Positions 8,028-15,873 are shown, counted from the stretch's first letter. The stretch: DNA of 32,335 bases from Candidatus Zixiibacteriota bacterium (GCA_050117845.1 JASFLY010000029.1:1-32335), one strand, 5' to 3'. A program made the numbers and translations. Notes: generated by a model not told the origin, from the sequence alone.

Positions 8028-9125
8028 TCAGGCCATGCTCCGGGCGAGCCGGTGGACCTGGGGCAGGAGTTCCGCGACGGCGCGCAACGGGACGGGTTCG
8101 ACTATCGTTTGTCCGACGGCGCGGGGCATCGCCACGTACACGTCGCCGTCGACCGTCCCGCCGTCGGGCACCAGGGCCGCGAGGATTTTATCCAGGTGCA
8201 GGGCCGGGAGGTGCGTGGGGAGGTGGAAGCGGCGCAGGAGGGCCACCAGCCGGATTACGACCTCGGTCGCGAGATCGCCGCGGAGTTCGGAGAGGAGCGC
8301 GGTGTAGACCAGGCCGACCGCGACCGCCTCGCCGTGGGGGAGCGCGTAGCGGGTGGCCGCCTCGAACGCGTGCCCCAGCGTGTGGCCGAGGCGGAGCAGG
8401 CGGCGCTCCCGGCGGGTATCCTTGCCCGCGCTGAGGACGGCGGCCTTGTAACTCAGGCCCCGCTCGATTACGGCGTCGAGCGCGGGGCCGGCGCGAAGCA
8501 GGCTCGCGGCGTTGTCCTCCAGATATCCGAAGAAGTCCTCTCCCTCGAGGAGAGCGTACTTGACGGCCTCGGCCAGGCCGGCCGCCAGGTCCTTGCCGGG
8601 CAACGTGGCGAGCAGTTCGCCGTCGATTACCACGGCCGAGGGGTGGTGGAAGGTTCCCACCTGGTTCTTGGCGCCCTCGAAATCCACGCCCACGTCGCCG
8701 CCGAGGCAGAGGTCAATCTGCGACAGGACGGTCGTGGGGACGGCGGCCCAGGGGACGCCCTTCTTGAAGGTGGCGGCGGCGAAGCCGCTCACGTCCAGGA
8801 CACTCCCGCCGCCCAGCGCGACTACGACGTCGCCGGCGTGGACGCGGGCTTGTGCAAACGCCCGATACAGGCCGGCCAGGTGTTGTTCATTCTTGGCGGC
8901 CTCCCCCGCCTCCGTCGTAACTTCGCCCACTTCGAAATCGGCGGCCACCAGCGCCTGGAGAAGCGACTTGAGGTAGAGCGGCCGGATGCGCTCGTCCGTC
9001 ACGGTCAGGGCCCGGCGCGCCTCCGGCAACGCGCCCCGCAGCAGTTTGCCCGTGCGGGCCAGAGCGCCGCGCTCGCCGTGGGCGATATACACCCCGTCCC
9101 GATGTTCGACTTTTATTTCAAACAC
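8028..9125 (-). CDS. 3-dehydroquinate synthase family (sugar-phosphate cyclase) protein, divergent
   Basis: ALGGGSVLD, VPTT..SQID, KNQVGTF, AEAVKY, GHTLGHAFE, HGEAVAVG. Several canonical AroB residues are substituted, so no gene symbol is given. Confidence 0.8.
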   Translation of the reverse strand: MFEIKVEHRDGVYIAHGERGALARTGKLLRGALPEARRALTVTDERIRPLYLKSLLQALVAADFEVGEVTTEAGEAAKNEQHLAGLYRAFAQARVHAGDVVVALGGGSVLDVSGFAAATFKKGVPWAAVPTTVLSQIDLCLGGDVGVDFEGAKNQVGTFHHPSAVVIDGELLATLPGKDLAAGLAEAVKYALLEGEDFFGYLEDNAASLLRAGPALDAVIERGLSYKAAVLSAGKDTRRERRLLRLGHTLGHAFEAATRYALPHGEAVAVGLVYTALLSELRGDLATEVVIRLVALLRRFHLPTHLPALHLDKILAALVPDGGTVDGDVYVAMPRAVGQTIVEPVPLRAVAELLPQVHRLARSMA

Positions 9126-9185
9126 AAGAATAGCACCTTCCGGGTATCAAAGTACCACAACCGGCCTCGGCGCGGCAAGATATTC

Positions 9186-9214
9186 TTGACGTGACAAAAA
9201 CGACGGTCTATAAT
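9186..9214 (+). promoter_or_regulatory. Sigma70-type promoter, probably giving a leaderless nnr transcript
   Basis: TTGACG (9186-9191), 17 bp spacer, TATAAT (9209-9214); ATG 6 nt downstream with no SD. Confidence 0.75.
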
Positions 9215-9220
9215 CGGCGT

Positions 9221-10825
9221 ATGAAGGTCGTAACCCCCACTCAGATGAGAGAGATAGACCGTCGGGCCATCGCGGGCCTCGGCGTCCCGTCGCTGGTATT
9301 GATGGACCGGGCGGGTAGCGCCGCGGCCTCGGTCGCCGCGGCCATGGCGTGCGGCGACGCGGCGGTTGTCGTCGCGGGCCCCGGCAACAACGGCGGCGAC
9401 GGTTTCGTCGCGGCCCGTTACCTGCTAGACGCCGGATTCGACGTTAGCGTGCACCTGCTGACCCCCGCGAACCGCCTCAGCGGCGACGCCCGCGTCAACT
9501 ACGACTTGTTGCAAAAATGCGGTTGCCCGGTCGCCAAATTCGACCGGCGGCGCTTCGGCCGGGACGTGCGCCGGGCCGGCGTGGTGCTGGACGCCATGCT
9601 GGGGACCGGGAGCCGCGGCGGCCTGCGGGGCGATTTCAAGGCCGTGGCCGAGGCGATGGCCCGGGGCGGCGCGCCCGTCGTGGCCGTGGACGTGCCTTCC
9701 GGCATCGACGCCGCGACCGGCGCGGTCCCGGGGCCGGCGGTGGCGGCGGACGCCACGGTCACGTTCGGCCTGCCCAAGGCCGGCCTACTCCAGTTCCCGG
9801 CGCGGCGTTACGTCGGCGACATTCACGTCATCGACATCGGCTTCCCGCGCTTCATAATCGACGAGCTGGCGTACGAGCCGGACGGCGAGAAGCCGGGCTA
9901 CCTGGCTCGCCTGCCCGAGGTGGACGAGGTGACGGCGCTCCTGCCGTCCAGGCCGCGCGACATGCACAAGGGGGACGCCGGCCGGGCGTACGTACTGGCC
10001 GGGTCGCCCGGGATGAGCGGCGCGGCTATACTGGCGGGGCGGGCGTGCTTGCGCGGTGGCGCGGGCCTCGTGACGGTAGGCCTGCCGTCGGGCCAGGACG
10101 CGGCCTTCAGCGCGGCGGCGCCCGAGTGCCTGTCGCATCCGTTGCCCGAGGGGCCGGGGGGCGAACTCGCGGCGGAGGGCGCGGCCGCGGCCGTCGCGAA
10201 AGCGGCGGGAGCGGATGCTTTGGCCGTCGGGCCGGGGCTGGGGCGTTCGCCGGAGACGGCGGCGCTGCTCGAGCACGTGTTGGCGAAGACGAGGACCCCC
10301 GTCGTCGTGGACGCCGACGGCTTGTACCTCCTCGGCCTGGAAGGGCTGGGTCGCCTCGGCCGGCGGGGCGGCGTGCTGACGCCGCACCCGGGCGAGATGG
10401 CGGGCCTCTTCGGCGTGAGCGTGGACGACGTTCAAAGCGACCGCGTAAGGTGGGCGCGGGAGCTCGCGGGGCGGACCGGCCTGGCCGTAATCCTCAAGGG
10501 GTACCTGAGCGTCGTGGCGGCGCCGGGCGAGGAGCTGTGGTTCAACCCGACGGGGAACCCGGGGTTGGCGAGCGGCGGGACCGGCGACGTGCTTACCGGC
10601 GTGGTGCTCGCGCTCCTGGCGGGCGGGGCGGCGCCCGTCGACGCGGCCCGGGCCGGCGCGTACGTCCACGGCCTTGCCGCCGATATCGCGGCCGAGGCGT
10701 GTGGTGAGCGGTCGCTAATCGCCGGGGACGTGCTCGACGCCCTGCCGGCGGCGTTCGCCGTTTTGGAGAACGGTCCGGCGGAGGGCGATCCGGGGTTGGA
10801 TAATATATTCACTTCCTACGCTTAA
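9221..10825 (+). CDS. nnr: Bifunctional NAD(P)H-hydrate epimerase/dehydratase
   Basis: YjeF-N motifs GPGNNGGDG, DAMLGTG, AVDVPSG; YjeF-C motifs HKGDAG, GPGLG, VDADGL, LTPHPGEM, GGTGDVL. Confidence 0.93.
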   Translation: MKVVTPTQMREIDRRAIAGLGVPSLVLMDRAGSAAASVAAAMACGDAAVVVAGPGNNGGDGFVAARYLLDAGFDVSVHLLTPANRLSGDARVNYDLLQKCGCPVAKFDRRRFGRDVRRAGVVLDAMLGTGSRGGLRGDFKAVAEAMARGGAPVVAVDVPSGIDAATGAVPGPAVAADATVTFGLPKAGLLQFPARRYVGDIHVIDIGFPRFIIDELAYEPDGEKPGYLARLPEVDEVTALLPSRPRDMHKGDAGRAYVLAGSPGMSGAAILAGRACLRGGAGLVTVGLPSGQDAAFSAAAPECLSHPLPEGPGGELAAEGAAAAVAKAAGADALAVGPGLGRSPETAALLEHVLAKTRTPVVVDADGLYLLGLEGLGRLGRRGGVLTPHPGEMAGLFGVSVDDVQSDRVRWARELAGRTGLAVILKGYLSVVAAPGEELWFNPTGNPGLASGGTGDVLTGVVLALLAGGAAPVDAARAGAYVHGLAADIAAEACGERSLIAGDVLDALPAAFAVLENGPAEGDPGLDNIFTSYA

Positions 10826-10867
10826 CCGGGCGGTGCGCGTCATCGGCCGGAAAGGAAAGGGGAAGCG

Positions 10868-11374
10868 ATGAGAAAAGTATTATTGGTGTCGTTGATTTGC
10901 CTGGGGCTGGCGGCCTCGGCGTGGGCCGGGAAGTTCGGCATGAACCTCGGCCTGGGTTTGTACAAGCCGGCCGAGGAGGGGTCTTCCTACACCCCCATGT
11001 TCAGGCTGGGGGCCCACTACTGGGTGGACAGGCACTGGGTGCCCACGCTGGAGGTGGGGTACGCCCGGTACTCCATCGCGGATACGACGTACAGTTACTT
11101 ACCGGTCGTACCCGGCGTCACGTATCATTTCGTGTTGACCAAGAGCTTCGACCCGTACGTCGGGGCCGGCGTGGTTTACGCCCGGAAGTGGTGGAGCGGC
11201 GCTTTGGAGGGCGACGACGACAGCTGGGGATTCGCGGCCCTGACCGGCTTCGACCTCACGCTCTCGGACAAGTTCGGCTTCGGCCTGGGCGTGGAGTACG
11301 TCGTGCCGGACGCCGGGGACTTCGATTCCGCGTACCCGGGTTTCCGGTTCTCGCTCGCGGCCGGCGGCCTCTGA
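10868..11374 (+). CDS. Small outer-membrane beta-barrel protein (OmpW / OMP beta-barrel-like)
   Basis: Signal peptide ending AWA; alternating aromatic beta-strands; FDPYVGAGV motif. Confidence 0.75.
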   Translation: MRKVLLVSLICLGLAASAWAGKFGMNLGLGLYKPAEEGSSYTPMFRLGAHYWVDRHWVPTLEVGYARYSIADTTYSYLPVVPGVTYHFVLTKSFDPYVGAGVVYARKWWSGALEGDDDSWGFAALTGFDLTLSDKFGFGLGVEYVVPDAGDFDSAYPGFRFSLAAGGL

Positions 11375-11380
11375 TAGGCC

Positions 11381-11716
11381 GTGGCCTTCATCCGCTACAA
11401 GGGGCCGTACGCCTACCTGGTGGAGAACGAACGGCTTCGCGTCGAGGGGGAGAGCCGCGTCCGCCAGCGGGTACTCTGTTACCTGGGGCGCGAGCCGGAG
11501 ATTACCGCCGATATAATCGCCGAGGTCGAGCGGCGTTTCCCGGACGCCACGGTGGACTGGGACGCGTTGCGGGCGGAGTTGGCCGGGAATAAAGCGGAGA
11601 CGAAGGCCGAACCGAAGCCGGAGAAGAAACGGCCGAAGCGGCGGCCCCCGCCGGAGCGCGCGCCGGGGAAGGCCGAGCGGCCCCGCGGCGACGACGAGTG
11701 GCTGGATTGGGATTGA
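11381..11716 (+). CDS. Small hypothetical protein resembling the N-terminal domain of IS1634-family transposases
   Basis: MAFIR...YAYLVENER...RVRQRVLCYLGR matches the remembered IS1634 N-terminal pattern; followed by a short helical domain and a K/P/E tail; no DDE domain; ends TGA TAA. Confidence 0.55.
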   Translation: MAFIRYKGPYAYLVENERLRVEGESRVRQRVLCYLGREPEITADIIAEVERRFPDATVDWDALRAELAGNKAETKAEPKPEKKRPKRRPPPERAPGKAERPRGDDEWLDWD

Positions 11717-11800
11717 TAAAAAGAAGCGGCGGCCTTTTCGATCCAGCGCTTACGGGGCCCGAGTATTATAGACTATGAAGCGGCGGCCTTTATGGCCGCC

Positions 11801-12080
11801 GTATCCGTGGTACCCGAGGCTGCGGGTCGCCGCCGGGCGAAGGCGCGGACCGCCGCCACGCGAAGCCATGGTCCGCCGGTTGAAACCGGCGGTTAACGCC
11901 GCGCGGGTTACGCACCGGCCGCTGAAGCGGCCGGTTTAATTAGATTGGCGGACGGGAATGTCGGTATCCGTGGTACCCGAGGCTGCGGGTCGCCGGTTGA
12001 AACCGGCGGTTAACGCCGTGCGGGTTATATACCGGCCGCTGAAGCGGCCGGTTTAATTAGATTGGCGGACGGGAATGTCG
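11801..12080. repeat. Tandem duplication of a multi-hairpin (REP/BIME-like) unit
   Basis: Copy 1 is 11801-11963 (163 bp) and copy 2 is 11964-12080 (117 bp). They are near identical except for 46 bp missing between two CGCCG microhomologies. Each copy has palindromes CGCCGGTTGAAACCGGCG and ACCGGCCGCTGAAGCGGCCGGT, plus GGCGGACGGGAATGTCGG. Confidence 0.92.
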
Positions 12081-12119
12081 GCCTACAGCGCGTATATATG
12101 GTAATGTTGGTCATATTTA

Positions 12120-12128
12120 TGGTATAAT
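12120..12128 (+). promoter_or_regulatory. Extended -10 promoter for the dsrE-tusA pair
   Basis: TGG-TATAAT at 12120-12128 in an AT-rich patch; GAGGTG RBS before ATG 12166. Confidence 0.55.
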
Positions 12129-12165
12129 AACGGGTGTGGGCGTTTGAACAACGAGGTGTGCAAGT

Positions 12166-12690
12166 ATGAGTGAGACGAAGAAAAAGATGGCGCTGGTGCT
12201 GTGCGCCGGCGAGCTGGACCGGGCGCTGGCGTGTATGAACATCGCCGTGGGCGGGGCGTCGATGGGGATGGACGTAACGGTTTTCTGCACCTTCTTCGGC
12301 CTTAACGCCGTTCGGCGGGACGGCGTCGCCCGGGCGCCCCGGCCCGAGGAGGAACCGCGCCGCGAGGGCCTGTTCGGGGCCCGGGCGATACGGCGGGCGT
12401 TCGCGTGGCTCAATCCCGGCGGCGGGAAGTACATGAACCCGAGCCGCTTTTCGTTCGGCGGCCTGGGCCGGCGCTTGATGGCGCGGCTCATGCGGGATTC
12501 GCGTATGGCGCAGTTGGACGAGTTGATAACGACCGGCGCGGCGTTGGGGGTCAAGTTCGTGGCGTGTACGACGTCGCTCGAGGCGTTGGGCATCCCCAAA
12601 GGCAACCTCCGGCCCGAGGTCGCCGAGTTCGCCGGCGTCGCCACTTTCCTCGCGGAGGCGCTGGAGAGCGACGTACAGCTTTTCATATAA
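12166..12690 (+). CDS. DsrE/DsrF/DrsH-like family protein (sulfur carrier)
   Basis: ASMGMDVTVFCTFFGL, SFGGLG..LM..LM, GVKFVACTTS, AGVATFL, QLFI C-terminus. Confidence 0.88.
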   Translation: MSETKKKMALVLCAGELDRALACMNIAVGGASMGMDVTVFCTFFGLNAVRRDGVARAPRPEEEPRREGLFGARAIRRAFAWLNPGGGKYMNPSRFSFGGLGRRLMARLMRDSRMAQLDELITTGAALGVKFVACTTSLEALGIPKGNLRPEVAEFAGVATFLAEALESDVQLFI

Positions 12691-12708
12691 AGTAACGGAA
12701 GGTATCTT

Positions 12709-12939
12709 ATGACCGAAAAAATAGTGGATTGCGTGGGCCTCTATTGCCCGGTTCCCATAGCGCAGGCGGCGCAGGCGATACAGGAAGTGGGGCCCGGCGA
12801 GACGATAATCGTACTGGCCGACGACCCCGGCGTCGAGAAAGATTTCCCCAACTGGTGTAAGGTAACCGGCCACGAGCTGGTCTCGCTGGAGGAGGCCGAC
12901 GAGGGCTACCGGATAGTCATCCGCAAGAAGGGGGAGTAG
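12709..12939 (+). CDS. TusA/SirA family sulfurtransferase
   Basis: DCVGLYCPVP motif, ADDPG, DFPNWC; 76 aa. Confidence 0.92.
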   Translation: MTEKIVDCVGLYCPVPIAQAAQAIQEVGPGETIIVLADDPGVEKDFPNWCKVTGHELVSLEEADEGYRIVIRKKGE

Positions 12940-12994
12940 GGGAGAGCGGCCCCGCGCCGGGGAGGCGAGTCGACGAACTCGGGTCAACAAAACG

Positions 12995-13024
12995 AAAGCC
13001 GCGCTTAGGGCGCGGCTCTTTTTT
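12995..13024. terminator. Intrinsic terminator between convergent genes
   Basis: AGCCGCGC-TTAGG-GCGCGGCT followed by CTTTTTT; A-rich on the 5' side. Confidence 0.8.
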
Positions 13025-13042
13025 ATATAAATCCCGCTACAT

Positions 13043-13783
13043 TTATTTAACTTGCACCGGGGCGTCGGGGTCGAAGGGATTGGTCCGGACGGCGAGGGAG
13101 TACAGGTACGGATAGGAAGCGTGCAGGTGTTCCATGTACTCTAGCCATTCGGCGATGGTGCGCTGATAGGCCCGCTTTACGTCGCCGGCGAGGTGTTTGT
13201 AGTCGGAGGCGGGCAGTTCGTAAACGCCGCCGCGGTGGGATAGTTCCTCGGTGAGGTGGGTGATGGCCCAGAGCATGTCGGTGAACTTGTCGTGCTCCAG
13301 GAGGTTGGGGTTTTCCATGAGGCGGAGGAGGAATTCGCGCTTTTCGAGCAGGAATTCGCGGAGGGCGTTGAGGGCGTCGGCCTCTATTTCAATGCTGTAA
13401 TCGTAGTCGGCCATGCGTTTCATCGCGGCCGCGAAGTCCTGTTGGGTCCATTTGCCGCTTATGAGGAGGTTTTGACGGACGCCGTCGAAGTCGGCGTCGA
13501 GGACGATGACCCGTTTAAGGAAATCGGTCCCGGCCTCGTTGAAGAACGCGCCGACGACCATGTTGAGTTTCTTCAAAAGAGCGCGTTTCTCGCGTTGGGT
13601 GAGCAGGCGGTGCAGTATGAGGGTTACGAGGAGGACTTCCACCGGGACGAAGGCGATGTCGCCGACGAGGTAGATGAAGATGTGGTGAACGTCGCGGAAA
13701 ACGAGGTAGTGTATAAAATAAACGGCGGCGGAGAGGAAAACCAGAAGCGCCGCCAGGCCGATAAGCCAATTCGATTGCTTCAT
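13043..13783 (-). CDS. Hypothetical membrane protein (2 N-terminal TM helices plus helical soluble domain)
   Basis: Hydrophobic residues 6-58; conserved-looking motifs KLNMVVGAFF.E.G, LMENPNLLEH, YPYLYS..VRTNPF. Confidence 0.75.
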   Translation of the reverse strand: MKQSNWLIGLAALLVFLSAAVYFIHYLVFRDVHHIFIYLVGDIAFVPVEVLLVTLILHRLLTQREKRALLKKLNMVVGAFFNEAGTDFLKRVIVLDADFDGVRQNLLISGKWTQQDFAAAMKRMADYDYSIEIEADALNALREFLLEKREFLLRLMENPNLLEHDKFTDMLWAITHLTEELSHRGGVYELPASDYKHLAGDVKRAYQRTIAEWLEYMEHLHASYPYLYSLAVRTNPFDPDAPVQVK

Positions 13784-13895
13784 TACCGCCGGCCCCTTTT
13801 TGGTAGCATTTTATTAACGGCTATAATATAATGAATACGATATTAACGGATATTAGCATATCGTTCAAAACTAGTAAAGGCCGGGGGCCGATACA

Positions 13896-14654
13896 GTGCG
13901 AGCAATAAGAGCATTGACGATATGCGGGTGCGTGGCGATGGCGGCCGCGGCCGGGGCGACGGAAACTACGCCCGAGGCTGCGGCCTTCTTCAATGACGGC
14001 ATCGCGAAGGCGAACGCCGGCAAGTACGACGAGGCTATTGAAGCCTTCGAGAAGAGCCTGGCCGAGGACCCGAATTTGACGGAGTCGCACGAGTTCATCG
14101 CCCAGATCCTCATCCTGAAGGGCGATTACGAGGCGGCGATAGAGCGTTACCAGAAGATGGTCGCGCGTAACCCCTCGACCGAATCCAAAGTCAACCTGGG
14201 GCTGGCGTATCTGCGCATCGGCGACGAAGAGATGGCGGCGGGGACGCTCGAGAGCGCGGTGGCCGCGGACCCGGGCAACAGCGCGGGGTGGAACAACCTC
14301 TCCATGGTTTACCTGCGTCAGGGGAAGGCGGCGGACGCGCGGGCGGCGGCGGAGAAGGCCGTGGACCTGGACGCCGGCTACGCCCCGGCGCACGTTAATC
14401 TGGGCAACGCGCTGCTCAAAGAGGGCGACGCCGACGGGGCCGTGGACGCCTTCGAGAAGGCTATTTCGCTCGACGATAAACAGGCCGGCGCATATTACGG
14501 CCTGGCCGGGGCCTCGGAGTTTATGGGAGACGAGGAGGCCGCCGGCGATTATTATTTGAAATACCTGGAACTCGCGCCGGAGGACGAAGGCCGGCGGAGC
14601 GCGGCGGTGCAATGGCTCTGGAAGCACGGCCGGGGGGCGGAGGTGCCGAGGTAG
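13896..14654 (+). CDS. Secreted tetratricopeptide-repeat protein
   Basis: Signal peptide; multiple TPR units (AFEKSLAEDP, AHVNLGNAL, AYYGLA). Confidence 0.85.
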   Translation: MRAIRALTICGCVAMAAAAGATETTPEAAAFFNDGIAKANAGKYDEAIEAFEKSLAEDPNLTESHEFIAQILILKGDYEAAIERYQKMVARNPSTESKVNLGLAYLRIGDEEMAAGTLESAVAADPGNSAGWNNLSMVYLRQGKAADARAAAEKAVDLDAGYAPAHVNLGNALLKEGDADGAVDAFEKAISLDDKQAGAYYGLAGASEFMGDEEAAGDYYLKYLELAPEDEGRRSAAVQWLWKHGRGAEVPR

Positions 14655-15436
14655 TGGCTCGGCGGGGGCGCCGGAGCGCGGCGCCGTTCGACATCGTCGC
14701 CGGCCGCAACAGCGTGGCCGCGGCCCTCGTGGCCGGCCGGCGGGCCGTTTCGACGGTGGTCCTGGACCGAAGCGCCGGCGGCGAGCCGATAGACGATATA
14801 CGGGCCCTCGCGACCCAGGCGTCGGTGCAGTTGAACGTGACGACGGCCCAGGAGTTGACGCGATTGGTGGGGGGCGATTTCCACCAGGGCGTGGCGGCCT
14901 ACGTCGACAAGATTTCCACGCCCGACTGGGACGAGTTGGTGGAGGCGGCCCGGGACGGCAAGCCGCTCGTCGTCCTGGATCACGTGGAGGACCCGCGGAA
15001 CCTGGGAGCGGTCATCCGCTCGGCCGCGGCGATGGGGGCCGGGGGAGTGTTCTTCCCGCCGCGGCGCCAGGTGCAGGTGACGCCCGCGGTATCGAAGGTG
15101 GCCGAAGGTGGCCTCGAATACGTGCCGGTGGCGCCGGTGAGCAACGTCGCCGAATTTTTACGACAGGTGAACCAGGCGGGCATTTGGCGCTACGGGTTGG
15201 AAGCCGACGGGGAGGGCGTAATGGGACAATTCGAATTCGGCGAATCGGCCGCGTTCGTTCTGGGAGGGGAAGACACGGGCCTGAGTACGGCGGCCCGGCG
15301 GGAGTGCGACGCCGTCGTGGCCGTGCCGTTAGCCCACAGCGTATCGTCCATAAACGTAGCCGCGACGGCGGCTGTAACGCTTTACGAGTTTCGGCGCCAG
15401 TACCCCTGGGCCGAAACGTCAGCCCGAAGGGGGTAG
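14654..15436 (+). CDS. rlmB: 23S rRNA (guanosine-2'-O)-methyltransferase, TrmH/SpoU family
   Basis: GRNSV, HQGVAA, LDHVEDPRNLGAVIRSA, VLGGEDTGL, SINVA. Probable GTG start overlaps the TPR gene stop (TAGTG). Confidence 0.88.
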   Translation: MARRGRRSAAPFDIVAGRNSVAAALVAGRRAVSTVVLDRSAGGEPIDDIRALATQASVQLNVTTAQELTRLVGGDFHQGVAAYVDKISTPDWDELVEAARDGKPLVVLDHVEDPRNLGAVIRSAAAMGAGGVFFPPRRQVQVTPAVSKVAEGGLEYVPVAPVSNVAEFLRQVNQAGIWRYGLEADGEGVMGQFEFGESAAFVLGGEDTGLSTAARRECDAVVAVPLAHSVSSINVAATAAVTLYEFRRQYPWAETSARRG

Positions 15437-15439
15437 GCA

Positions 15440-15823
15440 ATGCGGGGCAACGCGTTATTTACGGGCCTGGTGGTCGCCGGCGTGTTAGGCGCCCTGGCGA
15501 TGGCCGGGTGTAGTGCAACCGGGAAGTTCGGAAGCGATATAAAGACCACGGACGAAACCGCGATCAACGATATCCTGGATAATCCTGACGAGTTTTCCGG
15601 AAAGACCGTCATGGTTAAAGGACAAATCCAGACGGTCGACGACGACGGGAAAGGTTTCCAGGTGGACAACGGCCTGGGCAGCATGATTTACGTCGCGGTC
15701 GCCGGAGACTTTAAAATCGCCGGGGCGGCGAAGTACCGGCTCGCCACGGTGGAAGGGTCCGTCCAACTCGACAAGAACACCGGCGAACCACGGATCTCGG
15801 CGACCGGCGTGGACGTGAGATAG
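15440..15823 (+). CDS. Putative lipoprotein with OB-fold-like domain
   Basis: Lipobox MAGC; motif INDIL.NP..F.GK.V.VKG typical of OB-fold lipoproteins. Confidence 0.7.
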   Translation: MRGNALFTGLVVAGVLGALAMAGCSATGKFGSDIKTTDETAINDILDNPDEFSGKTVMVKGQIQTVDDDGKGFQVDNGLGSMIYVAVAGDFKIAGAAKYRLATVEGSVQLDKNTGEPRISATGVDVR

Positions 15824-15839
15824 GGTCCTGAAACGCGAG

Positions 15840-15873
15840 AGCCGGCGCGGCCCCAAACCGACGCCGGCTTTTT
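15840..15873 (+). terminator. Intrinsic terminator
   Basis: AGCCGGCG(CGG)...(CCG)ACGCCGGCT followed by a T tract. Confidence 0.7.

Noticed and set aside
11801..12080. Repeat region as a CRISPR array
   Set aside because: Only two long copies, the intervening sequences are duplicated rather than unique spacers, and there are no cas genes in the window.
11381..12085. Intact IS1634 element
   Set aside because: No DDE catalytic domain, and I could not identify terminal inverted repeats or a target-site duplication.
12166..12939. Selenocysteine recoding in the DsrE/TusA sulfur carriers
   Set aside because: Both ORFs are full length with Cys codons at the active motifs and no in-frame TGA.
12025..12990. 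321-aa minus-strand ORF spanning dsrE-tusA
   Set aside because: Antisense to two genes with clear family motifs, and it has no recognisable domain.
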